The notes beneath the pieces were generated by a model. The model made no database searches, had not been told where the DNA came from, and saw only the letters and a program-made list of their open reading frames with translations. Position numbers and translations under genes: made by a program. From positions 32,001 through 96,000 of the forward strand of contig OZ219856.1 in the NCBI GenBank assembly GCA_964291395.2: 64,000 nt of DNA, given 5' to 3'. Each line of letters begins with the position of its first letter. Within the stretch, counting starts at the first letter, position 1. Shown here piece by piece: positions 33,381 to 44,736 of the stretch. Source of the DNA: Alphaproteobacteria bacterium (GTDB lineage Bacteria > Pseudomonadota > Alphaproteobacteria > UBA2966).

Positions 33381-34775
33381 ATGTCGATGACCGAATTGCC
33401 GGCGTTCGTATCGGCGGCGCGACGCGCGGTCCCCCTTCATCCGCTGAGCGAGGACGCCTTGCCGTCCTGGCTGGCGTCCCAACCCCCGGCGGTCAGGTCG
33501 TGGGTGAAATCCAACGGCTTCGAAGGCAGGTGCGGACAGCACCTGTTGGTCCCCGGCAGAGGCGGTGCGCCGTCATTGGCCTTGTGCGGCATGGCGGCCT
33601 CGCCGGCCTTCTGGGATTTCGCGACTCTCCCGTCATCGTTGCCGCGCGGCACTTACCGGTTGGAGAGGTCCCTCGAGGCAGGTCTCGTGACCAAGGTGGC
33701 CTTCGGATGGGCGTTGGGCGGCTATGCCTTCACGCGCTACGGCAAGGGGAAGGACGAGACGTGCGCCCGCCTGGTGTGGCCGTCGGGCGCGGACCGCTCC
33801 GGAATCCTGCGAACGTACGGCGCGGTCGCGCTTGTGCGCGACCTGATCAATACGCCCGCCGCCGATCTCGGACCCGCAGAACTGGCCGCGGAGGCCAAAC
33901 GGGTCGCGCGGGCGGGCGGCGCGAGATGCCGGGTCATCGTCGGCGACGCGTTGCTCGAGCGGAACTACCCCATGATCCACGCCGTGGGCCGGGCGAGCGA
34001 CCGGGCGCCCCGCTTGATCGACGTGCGATGGGGGTCGGCGAGACACCCGAAGGTCACGATCGTGGGCAAGGGCGTTTGCTTCGATTCCGGCGGCCTCGAT
34101 CTGAAGCCGGCGTCCGGCATGGCCTTGATGAAGAAGGACATGGGAGGTGCCGCCGCGGCGCTGGGGCTCGCGCAGATGATCATGGACGCCGGGCTCAGGG
34201 TTCGTCTGCGCGTCATGATCCCGGCGGTCGAGAACAGCGTCTCGGGCAACAGCTTCCGTCCCGGCGACGTGCTTGCGAGCCGCAAGGGCGTGACCGTGGA
34301 GATCGGCAACACGGACGCCGAGGGGCGCCTCATCCTGGCGGACGCCCTGGCCGAAGCCGATCGCGAGAAACCCGAGCTGCTGTTCGATTTCGCGACGTTG
34401 ACCGGTGCCGCCCGCATCGCTCTCGGACCCGATCTCGCCGCGTTGTACACGCACGATGACGGGCTTGCCCGGGATCTCGCCCGCTTCGGCGCGTCGGTTT
34501 CCGATCCGGTGTGGCGCATGCCTCTCTGGCGGCCCTACGTGTGCATGATCCGCGGGCGGGTCGCCGATATCAGCAATGCCGGCGAGGACCGGATGGCGGG
34601 GTCGATCACCGCGGCGCTGTTTCTGGACCGCTTCGTCGAGCACGCGGGCGCCTGGGCGCACTTCGACATCTATGGCTGGAACCGCCGCTCCCGCCCCGGG
34701 CGTCCCGAGGGCGGCGAGGCTCACGCCATGCGCGCCGTGTACGCCCTGATCGCCGATCGCTATCCCGCTGCGTGA
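33381..34775 (+). CDS. Leucyl aminopeptidase (M17, PepB-like)
   Basis: VGKGVCFDSGGLDLK, MKKDMGGAA, NTDAEGRL, ATLTGA. Confidence 0.93.
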   Translation: MSMTELPAFVSAARRAVPLHPLSEDALPSWLASQPPAVRSWVKSNGFEGRCGQHLLVPGRGGAPSLALCGMAASPAFWDFATLPSSLPRGTYRLERSLEAGLVTKVAFGWALGGYAFTRYGKGKDETCARLVWPSGADRSGILRTYGAVALVRDLINTPAADLGPAELAAEAKRVARAGGARCRVIVGDALLERNYPMIHAVGRASDRAPRLIDVRWGSARHPKVTIVGKGVCFDSGGLDLKPASGMALMKKDMGGAAAALGLAQMIMDAGLRVRLRVMIPAVENSVSGNSFRPGDVLASRKGVTVEIGNTDAEGRLILADALAEADREKPELLFDFATLTGAARIALGPDLAALYTHDDGLARDLARFGASVSDPVWRMPLWRPYVCMIRGRVADISNAGEDRMAGSITAALFLDRFVEHAGAWAHFDIYGWNRRSRPGRPEGGEAHAMRAVYALIADRYPAA

Positions 34776-34812
34776 CCGTTTCGTTTCGGCCTCTTTGTCT
34801 GCCTCGGCCGGG

Positions 34813-36450
34813 CTAAGCCCGCACCGTGCCCGACTCGTCCGCCGCCAGGTCGAAGGCGGCGGCCATCAGCGCCTTCGTATAGGCGGTTTGGGGATCCTCG
34901 AACACCCGGTCCGCCGGCCCCTGCTCGACGACCTTGCCGTCGCGCATCACGATGATCTCGTCGGCGAGGGCGCGAACCACCTTCAGATCGTGGCTGATGA
35001 ACAGGTAGGCCAGATCGTGGCGCTCCTGCAGGTCGCGCAGCAGGTCCACGATCTGGGCCTGCACCGAGCGGTCGAGCGCCGACGTCGGTTCGTCCAGCAC
35101 CACGAAACGCGGTTTCAGCACCATGGCGCGGGCGATGGCGATGCGCTGACGCTGGCCGCCCGAGAACTCGTGCGGATAGCGGTCCTGCATGTCGGGGTCG
35201 AGCCCCACTTCCCGGAGCGCCTCGCCGATGATCCGGCGGCGCTCCTCGTAGGTGCCGCCGAGACCGTGCACCAGCAGGCCTTCCTCGACGATCTGCCCGG
35301 CGGACAGCCGCGGGCTGAGGCTGGCGAAGGGGTCCTGGAAGACGATCTGCATCTCCCGGCGCAGCGGCCGCAGGTCCTTGAATCCCCGGCCCTGGATCGC
35401 CTGGCCGTCGAAACGGATGGCGCCCCCGCTCTTGATCAGCCGCAGCAGCGCGAGGCCCAGGGTGGTCTTGCCCGAGCCCGATTCGCCGACGACGCCCACC
35501 GTGTGCCGCTCGCGCACGTTGAGGGAGACGCCGTCGACCGCGCGGACGTGATCGACGGTGCGCCGGAAGACGCCGGCCTTGATCGGGAAGTGGACCTTGA
35601 CGCCGTCCCCGGTCACGACCTCGGGCGCATCGGGCGGCGGCCTGCTCTTGCGGCCGCTCGGCTCCGCCGAAATCAGCATCCGCGTGTACGCGTGTCGGGG
35701 ACTTCCGAACACCAATCGGGTGTCGCCCGTCTCCACCAGCTCTCCGTCCGACATGACGCAGATCCGGTCGGCCATGTGCTCGACGATGCCGAGATCATGG
35801 GTGATCAGCAGGATCGCCATGCCGAGGCGTTCCTGGAGGCTGCGGAGCAGGGCCAGGACCTGCGCCTGGACCGTCACGTCGAGCGCCGTGGTCGGCTCGT
35901 CGGCGATCAGCAGCTCCGGCTCGTTGGCCAATGCCATGGCGATCATGACGCGCTGGCGCTGGCCTCCCGAGAGTTGATGGGGGTAGGCGTCGAGCCGCTG
36001 TTCCGCGTTCTGCAGGCCGACGAGCCGCAGCAGCTCCAGCGTGCGCGTGCGCGCCGCTTGAGCCTCCATTCCCCGATGGACGGACAGGACCTCGTTGATC
36101 TGGCGTTCGATCGTCTGCAGCGGATTGAGCGACGTCATCGGCTCCTGGAAGATCATGGAGATGCGGTTGCCGCGGATGCTCCGCAACACGGGCTCCGCCG
36201 CGCCGACGACCTCCTCGCCGTCGACCCTGATGGAGCCCGTCGGATGGGATGCCTTGGGATAGGGCAAGAGCTGGAGCACCGAGAGCGCGGTGACCGACTT
36301 GCCGGAACCGGACTCGCCGACGAGCGCCAGCGTCTCGCCTCGGTCGATGTCGAACGAGACACCGCGGACCGCGGGGATCTCCCGGTCCTCCACGCGGAAG
36401 GTGACGGACAGGTCCTCGACCTCGAGGAAAGGGGTCGCGCGGCCGGTCAT
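34813..36450 (-). CDS. yejF: Peptide ABC transporter double ATP-binding protein (YejF)
   Basis: Two GESGSGK(S/T) Walker A motifs and two SGGQRQR signatures. Confidence 0.88.
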   Translation of the reverse strand: MTGRATPFLEVEDLSVTFRVEDREIPAVRGVSFDIDRGETLALVGESGSGKSVTALSVLQLLPYPKASHPTGSIRVDGEEVVGAAEPVLRSIRGNRISMIFQEPMTSLNPLQTIERQINEVLSVHRGMEAQAARTRTLELLRLVGLQNAEQRLDAYPHQLSGGQRQRVMIAMALANEPELLIADEPTTALDVTVQAQVLALLRSLQERLGMAILLITHDLGIVEHMADRICVMSDGELVETGDTRLVFGSPRHAYTRMLISAEPSGRKSRPPPDAPEVVTGDGVKVHFPIKAGVFRRTVDHVRAVDGVSLNVRERHTVGVVGESGSGKTTLGLALLRLIKSGGAIRFDGQAIQGRGFKDLRPLRREMQIVFQDPFASLSPRLSAGQIVEEGLLVHGLGGTYEERRRIIGEALREVGLDPDMQDRYPHEFSGGQRQRIAIARAMVLKPRFVVLDEPTSALDRSVQAQIVDLLRDLQERHDLAYLFISHDLKVVRALADEIIVMRDGKVVEQGPADRVFEDPQTAYTKALMAAAFDLAADESGTVRA

Positions 36451-37511
36451 CCGACGGTCTTTCTTGGATCGAAGGCGTCGCGAATCGCCTCGCCGACGAA
36501 CACCAGCAGGGTCAGGGTGCAGGCGATGACGACGAAACCCGAAATGCCGAGCCACGGGGCCTGCAGGTTGGCCTTGCCCTGGGCCAGGAGCTCGCCGAGG
36601 GACGGGGAACCCGGCGGCAGCCCGAACCCCAGGAAATCGAGCGACGTCAGCGTGGTGATCGAACCGTTGAGGATGAACGGCAGGAACGTGACCGTGGCGA
36701 CCATGGCGTTGGGCAGCAGGTGCTTGAACATGATGGTGGCGTTGTCGACGCCGAGCGCCCGCGCCGCCTGCACGTACTCGAAATTGCGCGCGCGCAGGAA
36801 CTCGGCGCGCACCACGCCGACGAGCGCCATCCAGCTGAACAGGAGCATCAGGGTGAGCAGGGTCCAGAATCCGGGTTCGATGACCGACGCGAGGATGATC
36901 AGGAGGAACAGCACCGGCATGCCGCCCCAGATCTCCATGAAACGCTGGAACAGCAGGTCGAGCCAGCCGCCGAAATAGCCCTGCACGGCCCCCGCCATGA
37001 CGCCGATGACGGAGCTGAAGGCGGTCAGCACCAGCCCGAACAGGACGGAGATGCGGAACCCGTAGATCACGCGGGCGACGACGTCACGGCCCTGGTCGTC
37101 GGTGCCGAGCCAGTTCTCGGCCGAGGGCGGCGCGGGCGCGGGAACGGGCAGATCGTAGTTGATGGTGTTGAAGCTGTAGCGGATCGGCGGCCACACGATC
37201 CATCCTTTCGCTTCGATGAGCTCCGTCACGAAGGGGTCCCGATAATCGGCCTCCGTCTCGAAATCGCCGCCGAACTTCGTTTCCGGATAGGCCGCGACGA
37301 TCGGCATCAGGAGCTCGCCCTCGTAGGCGACGAGGACCGGCTTGTCGTTGGCGATGAACTCGGCGAAGAGGCTCAGGACGAAGAGCGCCGCGAAGATCCA
37401 GAAGGACCAGTAGCCGCGCCTGTTGGCGCGGAAGTTCTGCAGACGCCGCCGGGTCAGCGGCGTGATGCGGAGCCCCAGGAAACGGTCCTGGCTCGGGATC
37501 TGCGGCCGCAT
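36447..37511 (-). CDS. yejE: Peptide ABC transporter permease (YejE)
   Basis: RRLQNFRANRRGYWS, ANDKP, FGGDFETEADY, LGTDDQGRDV. Confidence 0.9.
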   Translation of the reverse strand: MRPQIPSQDRFLGLRITPLTRRRLQNFRANRRGYWSFWIFAALFVLSLFAEFIANDKPVLVAYEGELLMPIVAAYPETKFGGDFETEADYRDPFVTELIEAKGWIVWPPIRYSFNTINYDLPVPAPAPPSAENWLGTDDQGRDVVARVIYGFRISVLFGLVLTAFSSVIGVMAGAVQGYFGGWLDLLFQRFMEIWGGMPVLFLLIILASVIEPGFWTLLTLMLLFSWMALVGVVRAEFLRARNFEYVQAARALGVDNATIMFKHLLPNAMVATVTFLPFILNGSITTLTSLDFLGFGLPPGSPSLGELLAQGKANLQAPWLGISGFVVIACTLTLLVFVGEAIRDAFDPRKTVG

Positions 37512-38623
37512 CAGGCCACGTCCCGCCGTTCGAAATCGATCCGTGGATCGATGACGACGTACATCAGATCGCCCAGCAGATTGAGGACGAGGCCGAGCAG
37601 GGTGAAGACGTAGAGCGTGCCGAACATCACCGGATAGTCGCGGTTGATGACCGCTTCGAAGCCCAGCAGGCCCAGCCCGTCGAGCGAGAAGATGATCTCG
37701 ATGAGCAGGTTCCCGGTGAACAGGATGCCGACGAAGGCCGACGGAAAGCCCGCGACCACGATCAGCATGGCGTTGCGGAACACGTGGCCGTAGAGCACGC
37801 GGCCCTCGGTCAGGCCCTTGGCCCGCGCCGTGAGCACGTACTGCTTGTTGACCTCCTCGATGAAGGAGTTCTTGGTCAGCATGGTGAGCGTGGCGAAGCC
37901 GCCGATCACCATGGAGATGACCGGCAGCGTGATGTGCCAGAAGTAGTCGGCGATGCGGTCGGGCCAGCTCAGGTCCGACCAGTTCTCCGAGACCAGGCCG
38001 CGCAGGGGGAAGATGTCCCAGAAGCTGCCGCCCGCGAACAGCACCACCAGCAGCACCGCGAACAGGAAGTTCGGGATGGCGTAGCCCACGATGATGGTCG
38101 CGCTGGTCCAGATGTCGAAGCGGGTGCCGTCGCGCACCGCCTTGGCGACGCCGAGCGGGATGGAGATGAAGTAGACGAGCAGCGTCGTCCAGATGCCGAG
38201 CGAGATGGACACCGGCATCTTGTCGACGACCAGGTCGACGACGGAGCGGTCGCGGAAGAACGAGTCGCCGAAGTCGAAGCGCAGATAGTTGCCGATCATC
38301 TGGAAGAGCCGCACGTGCGCCGGCTTGTCGAAGCCGTAGAGCTTCTCGATCTCCTTGATGAACTCCGGGTCGAGCCCGCGGGCGCCCCGGTACTTGCTGG
38401 CGAGGGACGCGTCTCCGGCCTGTGCCGCCTGCGCCTGCCGGGTCTCTCCGAGGTCGGCGCCGCCGATGCGCGCCGTCGCGTCGACCGCCGTGCCGCTGAT
38501 CTGGGCGATCAGCTGCTCCACCGGTCCGCCGGGCGCGGCCTGCACGATGAGGAAGTTGATGACCATGATCCCGAGCAGCGTCGGGACCATGAGCAGGACG
38601 CGCCGAACGACGTAGGCGAGCAC
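37511..38623 (-). CDS. yejB: Peptide ABC transporter permease (YejB)
   Basis: [41 protein letters not shown]. Confidence 0.92.
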   Translation of the reverse strand: MLAYVVRRVLLMVPTLLGIMVINFLIVQAAPGGPVEQLIAQISGTAVDATARIGGADLGETRQAQAAQAGDASLASKYRGARGLDPEFIKEIEKLYGFDKPAHVRLFQMIGNYLRFDFGDSFFRDRSVVDLVVDKMPVSISLGIWTTLLVYFISIPLGVAKAVRDGTRFDIWTSATIIVGYAIPNFLFAVLLVVLFAGGSFWDIFPLRGLVSENWSDLSWPDRIADYFWHITLPVISMVIGGFATLTMLTKNSFIEEVNKQYVLTARAKGLTEGRVLYGHVFRNAMLIVVAGFPSAFVGILFTGNLLIEIIFSLDGLGLLGFEAVINRDYPVMFGTLYVFTLLGLVLNLLGDLMYVVIDPRIDFERRDVA

Positions 38624-38634
38624 CGCGGCGCGTC

Positions 38635-40530
38635 CTACCGGTTCGCGGCGCGCCGGGCTTCAAGGTCGGCGGCCTTGCCGGGATCGATCCACCAGGTGTC
38701 GAGGAAGCCGAAGTTGTTGTCGTACTTGGGAGCGGTCCCGGGGCGTCCGAACTTGTCCCAGTGGGCGACGTTGTGAGCGGGATTGAACCACTGGGGAATG
38801 ACGTAGCGGTTCCACAGCAGCACGCGGTCGAGGGCGCGGGCCGCCGTCTCCAGGGCTGCGCGGTCCGGCGCGTCGGCGATCTTCTCGATCAGCGCGTCGA
38901 CGGCGGGATCGGCGATGCCGGCGTAGTTGATGCTTCCGGGGCTGCGGGCCGCCTCGGACCCCCAGAAGTTCCGCTCCCCCACGCCGGGCGTCGGAGAGGT
39001 GCCGAATGCCGCCGTGGTGACGTCGAAATCGAACTCCTGCATGCGATTGGCGTATTGCGCGGAGTCGACGATGCGGATCGCGGCCTCGATGCCGAGGCGC
39101 TCGAGGTTGCGGACAAGCGGCGCGTACACCCGTTCGAACGTGGGCGAGAAGGTCAGGAACTCGATTCTGACGGACCGGCCCGACGGGCTCCGCAGCGTCC
39201 CGTCTTTCACCGAGTATCCGGCCTCGCCGAGCAGCCGCTGCGCCGCGCGGAGGTTGCGCCGGACGTTTCCCGAGCCGTCGGTCGCCGGGGGCTCGAAAAC
39301 CCGGGTGAAGGCCTCGGCCGGCAGCCTGTCGCGGTACGGTTCCAGCAGCGCCGCCTCGCCGGGGGCGGGAAGGCTGCGCGCGGCCATCGGCGTGTTCTGG
39401 TAGAGGCTCTTGGTCCGGGTATAGAGCCCGTAGAAGATGTTCTTGTTCGTCCATTCGAAATCGAAGGCCAGATCGAAGGCGGCGCGGACGCGCGGGTCCT
39501 TGAATATCTCGCGGCGCTGGTTGAGGACGAAGAACTGCCGGTTGGCGGGCGACTCGTCGGGGATCGATTCCCGCTTCACCAGACCCTCCCGGATGGCAGG
39601 GAAATCGTAGGCCGTGGCCCACATTTTCGAGGTGAATTCCTCGCGGAAGTCGTATTCGCCGGCCTTGAAGGCCTCGAGGGCGATGTTGCGGTCGCGGTAG
39701 AAGTCGAACCGGATGGTGCCGTAGTTGAAGCGCCCCCGGTTCACCGGCAGGTCCCTGGCCCAGTAGTCGGCCACCCGCTCGTAGACGATGGTCCGGCCCT
39801 GGTCGGCCCGGACGATGCGGTAGGGTCCGCTGCCGAGCGGCGGATCGAGGGTGGTCCTGTCGAACTCGCGCGTCTCGTAGTAGGCCCTGGAGAGGATCGG
39901 GATGCCGGCCACCGTCAGCGGCAGGTCGCGGGTCACCGCGCCCTCGCGAAACGCGAACCGCACCTCGTGCGGGCCTTCGGCGACCGCCGATTCGACGTCC
40001 CGCAGCACGATCCGGAAGCTCGGCGCCCCCTTGGATTTCAGGATCTCGAACGAGAACACGACGTCCTCGGCCGTCAACGGGGATCCGTCGTTGAACCGCG
40101 CCTCGGGCCGCAGGCGGAACGACGCCCCGGACCGGTCGGGCGCCACCTCGGCGCTCTCGGCGACGAGGCCGTACACGGCGTCGGGCTCGTCGCCCGCGGA
40201 CGTCATCAGCGTGTCGAAGGGCAGCCCTGAGATCGCCACGGCCCCGGTTCCGCGGAGCCGTATGCCCTTGAGAATGAACGGATTGAGGTTGTCGAAGGAT
40301 CCCAGGTCGCGAAGCCGGACCTCGCCCCCCTTCGGGGCCTCCGGGTCGACGTAGTCGAAGTGCGGAAAATCCGGCGGATACTTCAGGTCGCCGAACGACG
40401 ACAGCCCGTGGCGGGGCTCCGCGAGGGCGGCCCCGGCCGCCCCGACCGCCCCGGCCGCCCCGACCGCCAAGCCCAGGTGAATGGCGGCGACGGCCCCGAA
40501 AGCCCTGGATATCGACCGCGACCCGATCAC
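38635..40530 (-). CDS. yejA: Peptide ABC transporter substrate-binding protein (YejA-like, copy 2)
   Basis: [51 protein letters not shown]. Start is GTG 40530 or 40575. Confidence 0.88.
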   Translation of the reverse strand: MIGSRSISRAFGAVAAIHLGLAVGAAGAVGAAGAALAEPRHGLSSFGDLKYPPDFPHFDYVDPEAPKGGEVRLRDLGSFDNLNPFILKGIRLRGTGAVAISGLPFDTLMTSAGDEPDAVYGLVAESAEVAPDRSGASFRLRPEARFNDGSPLTAEDVVFSFEILKSKGAPSFRIVLRDVESAVAEGPHEVRFAFREGAVTRDLPLTVAGIPILSRAYYETREFDRTTLDPPLGSGPYRIVRADQGRTIVYERVADYWARDLPVNRGRFNYGTIRFDFYRDRNIALEAFKAGEYDFREEFTSKMWATAYDFPAIREGLVKRESIPDESPANRQFFVLNQRREIFKDPRVRAAFDLAFDFEWTNKNIFYGLYTRTKSLYQNTPMAARSLPAPGEAALLEPYRDRLPAEAFTRVFEPPATDGSGNVRRNLRAAQRLLGEAGYSVKDGTLRSPSGRSVRIEFLTFSPTFERVYAPLVRNLERLGIEAAIRIVDSAQYANRMQEFDFDVTTAAFGTSPTPGVGERNFWGSEAARSPGSINYAGIADPAVDALIEKIADAPDRAALETAARALDRVLLWNRYVIPQWFNPAHNVAHWDKFGRPGTAPKYDNNFGFLDTWWIDPGKAADLEARRAANR

Positions 40531-40571
40531 CCGCGGATGATAGCAGAGACCTCCGCCCGGCAGGAGCGCCG

Positions 40572-42413
40572 TCACCGGGACTCGGCGGCCGTCCGGCGTT
40601 TCAGGTCGGCGTCCTTTTCGGCGTCGATCCACCAGGTGAACAGGCCGAGGCCGTGCTTGGGCGTGATCTCCGGACGCGAGAACCGGTTCCAGTAGGCGAC
40701 CCGGTACACCCGCGTGTGCCATTGGGGGATCACGTAGTGGTTCCACAGCAGCACCCGGTCCATGGCCCGCGTCGCGGCGACCAGGGACCCGCGGTCGGGC
40801 GCCTTTATGATCTCGTCGATGAGGGCGTCGACCACCGGGTTCTTGATGCCGATGACGTTGCGGCTTCCCGGGATGTCCGCGTTCGCCGAGGCCCACCAGT
40901 CCCGCTGCTCGTTGCCCGGCGAAGACGACTGGGGAAACGACTGCACGGACATGTCGAAGTCGAACCCGTCGATCCGGTTCTGGTACTGGGCCGTGTCGAC
41001 CGTCCGGACGCGCGTCTCGATCCCGAGCCTCTTCAGGTTGCGGGCGAAGGGCAGCACGATCCGTTCGAATCCCGGGTTGATGAGCAGGATCTCGAATTCC
41101 ATGACCTGGCCGTCGGCGCCGTTCGTCAATCTGCCGTCCCGGATCGTCCAGCCCGCCTCCTTCAGAAGCCGCTGCGCCTTCCTCAGGTTCGCGCGGGCGT
41201 TGCCCGAGCCGTCGGTCTCCGGCGGCTCGTAGGCCGTCGTGAACACTTCCTCGGGAACCTGGCCGCGAAAGGGTTCCAGATAGCGAAGCTCCGCCTCGCT
41301 TGGCGGACCCGACGAGGTGAGTTCCGAGTTGGAGAAGAAGCTCCTGGTGCGCGTGTACTGCCCGTGGAAGAGGTTCTTGTTGGCCCATTCGAAATCGAAG
41401 GCATGGGACAGCGCCTCCCGCACCCGCCGATCCCGGAACCGCTCCCGCCGGATGTTGAAGGCGAACGCCTGCATCCCCGTCGGATTCTCGTGCTCGATCT
41501 CCTCCGTGACGATCAGTCCTTCGCGGACCGGTGGAGCGTCGTAGCCGGTCGCCCAGACCTTGGCCGTGCTCTCCTGGCGGAAGTCGTACTCGTTCGATTT
41601 GAACGCCTCGAGGGCAACGGTCTGGTCGCGGTAATAGTCGTAGCGGATGCCGTCGAAGTTGTAGTGGCCGCGGTTGACCGGAAGGTCGGCGCTCCAATGG
41701 TCCTCGACGCGCTCGTACGTGATCGACCGTCCCGGGTCGACGTCCACGACGCGGTAGGGCCCGCTGCCCATGATGGGGTCGAGGGTCGTCTCCTCGAAGT
41801 TCCGGTTCTCGAACGCCGCCCTGGGCAGCACCGTCAGTTGGCCCACGATCTGGGGCAGCTCCCGGTTGAGCCCGCCGGCGAAGGTGAATTTCACGGTCCG
41901 CGGCCCCGTGGCCTCGGCGGTCGCGACGTTCGCGTAGTAGGCCCGGTAGAACGGATGCCCCTTGGACTTCAGGGTCTCGAAGGAGAAGATGACGTCGTCC
42001 ACCGTGATCGGCGAGCCGTCGTGCCAGCGGGCCTCCGGCCGCAGGGTATAGGCGGCCCAGCCCAGGTCGTCGGGAATCTCGACGCTCTCCGCGACCAGGC
42101 CGTACGCGGAATCCGCCTCGTCCTCCGACGAGGTCATGAGGGACTCGAAGGTCAGCCCCAGGCCGGCGGCGCCGCGGCCCTTGAGGATGAAGGGGTTGAG
42201 GCTGTCGAACGAGCCGATGGCGGAGAGGCGTATGTCGCCGCCCTTCGGCGCCTCCGGGTCGGCGTAGTCGAAGTGCCCGAAGCCGGCCGGGTACTTCGGC
42301 TCCCCGAGCAGCGAAGTGCCGTGCACGACCTTGGTTTGGGTGTTGCCGACGGCGCTCGGCGCGAGCATGGCCGCCGCGAGCAGGGTCATGGCCAGACGGT
42401 TCGCCATGGTCAC
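40572..42413 (-). CDS. yejA: Peptide ABC transporter substrate-binding protein (YejA-like, copy 1)
   Basis: Signal peptide, [46 protein letters not shown]. Confidence 0.9.
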   Translation of the reverse strand: MTMANRLAMTLLAAAMLAPSAVGNTQTKVVHGTSLLGEPKYPAGFGHFDYADPEAPKGGDIRLSAIGSFDSLNPFILKGRGAAGLGLTFESLMTSSEDEADSAYGLVAESVEIPDDLGWAAYTLRPEARWHDGSPITVDDVIFSFETLKSKGHPFYRAYYANVATAEATGPRTVKFTFAGGLNRELPQIVGQLTVLPRAAFENRNFEETTLDPIMGSGPYRVVDVDPGRSITYERVEDHWSADLPVNRGHYNFDGIRYDYYRDQTVALEAFKSNEYDFRQESTAKVWATGYDAPPVREGLIVTEEIEHENPTGMQAFAFNIRRERFRDRRVREALSHAFDFEWANKNLFHGQYTRTRSFFSNSELTSSGPPSEAELRYLEPFRGQVPEEVFTTAYEPPETDGSGNARANLRKAQRLLKEAGWTIRDGRLTNGADGQVMEFEILLINPGFERIVLPFARNLKRLGIETRVRTVDTAQYQNRIDGFDFDMSVQSFPQSSSPGNEQRDWWASANADIPGSRNVIGIKNPVVDALIDEIIKAPDRGSLVAATRAMDRVLLWNHYVIPQWHTRVYRVAYWNRFSRPEITPKHGLGLFTWWIDAEKDADLKRRTAAESR

Positions 42414-42414
42414 C

Positions 42415-43197
42415 TCATCCGGTAAGCCGGGAGACCGCCGCCCGATGCAGTTCTGCGCTGCCGGCGGCGACCACGCGGGTGTCCGTCCCGAGCGTCACCG
42501 GCGCGCCCTGCCAGTTCGTCATCACGCCGCCGGCGCTCTCGACCACGGGCACCAGCGCGCAATAGTCGTGGTCTTTCAGGCGGCACTCGATGGCGATGTC
42601 GGCGTGTCCGGCGGCGACCAGTCCGAAGGCATAGCAATCCGCGCCGTAGCGGACGAGGCCGGCGTCGCCGCGCAGCCGGTCGAGCGCCTCGAGGTCGTCG
42701 CGCTCGTAGAGGTCCGGCGACGTGGTGAAGAGCACGGCGTTCGTCAGGTCGACCCCGCCGCGGCAGGCCGCCCGGCCCTCGTTGAACGTGCACGGATGCC
42801 CGCCGCCGCCGGCCCAGCGCTCCCCGCTCACCGCCTGGTCGATCACGCCGAACAGGGGCCTGCCCCCGCGGGCGAGCCCGATCAGGGTGCCGAAGACGGG
42901 AACGCCCGCGATGAAGGCCTTGGTGCCGTCGATGGGGTCGAGGTACCAGACGTGCTCGGCGTCGCCGCGGGCGGTGCCGAACTCCTCGCCGGAAATGCCG
43001 TGGTCCGGCACCGCCTCTTCCAGGATGTCCCGCATGGCCCGCTCGGCGGCGCGGTCCGCCTCGGTGACGGGCGTCGAGTCCGCCTTGGTGGCGATGTCGT
43101 AGGACCGGCGGAAATACGCGCGCACGATTTCGCCGGCGGCGTCCGCCAGTCTGTGGGCCAGTTCCACGTATGCAGCGGGACAGCGGTCGGTCACCAC
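42415..43197 (-). CDS. hisN: Histidinol-phosphatase (inositol monophosphatase family)
   Basis: KADSTPVTEADR, GEEFG, WYLDPIDGTKAF, YGADCYAF. Confidence 0.85.
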   Translation of the reverse strand: MVTDRCPAAYVELAHRLADAAGEIVRAYFRRSYDIATKADSTPVTEADRAAERAMRDILEEAVPDHGISGEEFGTARGDAEHVWYLDPIDGTKAFIAGVPVFGTLIGLARGGRPLFGVIDQAVSGERWAGGGGHPCTFNEGRAACRGGVDLTNAVLFTTSPDLYERDDLEALDRLRGDAGLVRYGADCYAFGLVAAGHADIAIECRLKDHDYCALVPVVESAGGVMTNWQGAPVTLGTDTRVVAAGSAELHRAAVSRLTG

Positions 43198-43270
43198 GAC
43201 TCCAGGTCAAGCACGTCGCGCCGCGTGGGCGCAGGCGGCGCCACGCATCGGGATCGTCGTCGAGAGTAGC

Positions 43271-43813
43271 CTATTCGCTGGGCAGTGGCTGCGGCGAATC
43301 GCTCAAGGTGCGCAGGTAGGCGATCACGTTGGCGCGGTCCGTGGGCTTCCTGAGCCCGGGGAACGCCATCTTGTTGCCCGGCATGTAGGTTCTGGGCTTG
43401 GTCAGGAACTCGTCGAGGCCCGCGAAGCTCCAGGTGCCCTCGGCCTTCTTCATCGAGGACGAGTAGGAGAACCCTCCCACGGTCGCCATGTCGCGGCCGA
43501 TGACGTTCCAGAGATTCGGTCCGACCTTGTTCTTCCCGCCCTGCTCGAAGGTGTGGCAGATCGCGCATTTCTTGGCCACCTTCATGCCCCTCTCCACGTC
43601 CGCGGCGGCCAGCAGCGCGGCCAGCGAGGGGCCTTCTTCCTCGGCCGCGGCGGCCGCCTCCGGGGCGGCGGCGTCCACTCCGGGAACGGGATAGGCGACC
43701 GACTCGAGGACGCGCGGGCTGACCGCGACGTTGCCGACGACGTTGAGGACGTAGAGTACCAGCAGGGTGGCGAGAATTCCGCCGGCGATCTTGTTGATTT
43801 CGAAGGTGTCCAT
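43271..43813 (-). CDS. Membrane-anchored cytochrome c (CycM/c552-like)
   Basis: MDTFEINKIAG anchor, CAICH, GPNLW, PGNKMAFPGL. Confidence 0.92.
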   Translation of the reverse strand: MDTFEINKIAGGILATLLVLYVLNVVGNVAVSPRVLESVAYPVPGVDAAAPEAAAAAEEEGPSLAALLAAADVERGMKVAKKCAICHTFEQGGKNKVGPNLWNVIGRDMATVGGFSYSSSMKKAEGTWSFAGLDEFLTKPRTYMPGNKMAFPGLRKPTDRANVIAYLRTLSDSPQPLPSE

Positions 43814-43956
43814 GGAGAATCCGTACTCGAACCACGAGGCGGGCGAAGATTACCGACTTCCCGAGGGCCGGCGCAAGCCGTATAAGTCGACGTCGCGGCT
43901 CCGCCGGCGCGGGACCCGCCCGGACTCCGTCGCCGCGCCATGATCGACGCTCGCCA

Positions 43957-44736
43957 ATGACGCTCCCGGCCCACCCGATCATCGTCATTCCGGCACGCCT
44001 GGCCGCGCGGCGGCTGCCGGGCAAGCCGCTCGCCGACATCCACGGCGAACCGATGATCGTGCACGTCTGGCGCCGCGCCGTGGAGAGCGGCGTCGGCCCC
44101 GTGCTGGTCGCCTGCGCCGACGCGGAGATCGCGGCGGCCGTCGCGGCGGCCGGCGGCGAGGCGCTGATGACGCGGCCCGATCACCCGTCGGGTTCCGACC
44201 GCGTGTTCGAGGCCGTGCGGTCCGTGGACCCGGCCGGCGTCCACGACGCGGTGATCAACCTGCAGGGCGACCTGCCGACGATCGCCGCTTCCGCGATACA
44301 CGCGGTGCTCGACCCGCTGCGGGAACCCGAGGTCGACATCGGAACCGTGGCCTGCCCCGTCTCGGACGACGCCGGCCGCGGCGATCCCAACGTCGTCAAG
44401 GCCGTGGTCTCGTTCGCCCCCTCGGCGGCCACCGGGCGGGCGCTCTACTTCACGCGCGCCGCGGCGCCGTCCGGAGACGGCCCGCTGCTTCACCACATCG
44501 GCGTTTACGCCTTCCGCCGCCCGGCGCTCGAACGGTTCGTCGGCCTGCCGCCGGCGCCCTTGGAAACCCGCGAGAAACTCGAGCAGTTGCGGGCTCTCGA
44601 GGCCGGCATGCGCATCGGCGTGGCCGTCGTTGACACCCTGCCCCTCGGTGTCGATACTCCGCCCGATCTTGAGCGGGCCCGCGCGATTCTCGCGCCCCCG
44701 CGGGGCGGCGCCCGAGAGCGTTCCGGAGTGACATGA
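43957..44736 (+). CDS. kdsB: 3-deoxy-manno-octulosonate cytidylyltransferase
   Basis: IPARLAARRLPGKPL, SGSDR, NLQGD, HHIGVYAF, EKLEQLRALE. Confidence 0.95.
   Translation: MTLPAHPIIVIPARLAARRLPGKPLADIHGEPMIVHVWRRAVESGVGPVLVACADAEIAAAVAAAGGEALMTRPDHPSGSDRVFEAVRSVDPAGVHDAVINLQGDLPTIAASAIHAVLDPLREPEVDIGTVACPVSDDAGRGDPNVVKAVVSFAPSAATGRALYFTRAAAPSGDGPLLHHIGVYAFRRPALERFVGLPPAPLETREKLEQLRALEAGMRIGVAVVDTLPLGVDTPPDLERARAILAPPRGGARERSGVT

Noticed and set aside
30770-36978. Long antisense ORFs (846, 727 aa and similar elsewhere)
   Set aside because: Stop-poor shadows of real genes in high-GC DNA, with no recognisable motifs.
38635-41697. 1020-aa ORF as one giant binding protein
   Set aside because: The first ~380 aa are an alternative frame of yejA copy 1; the real protein starts near 40530-40575.
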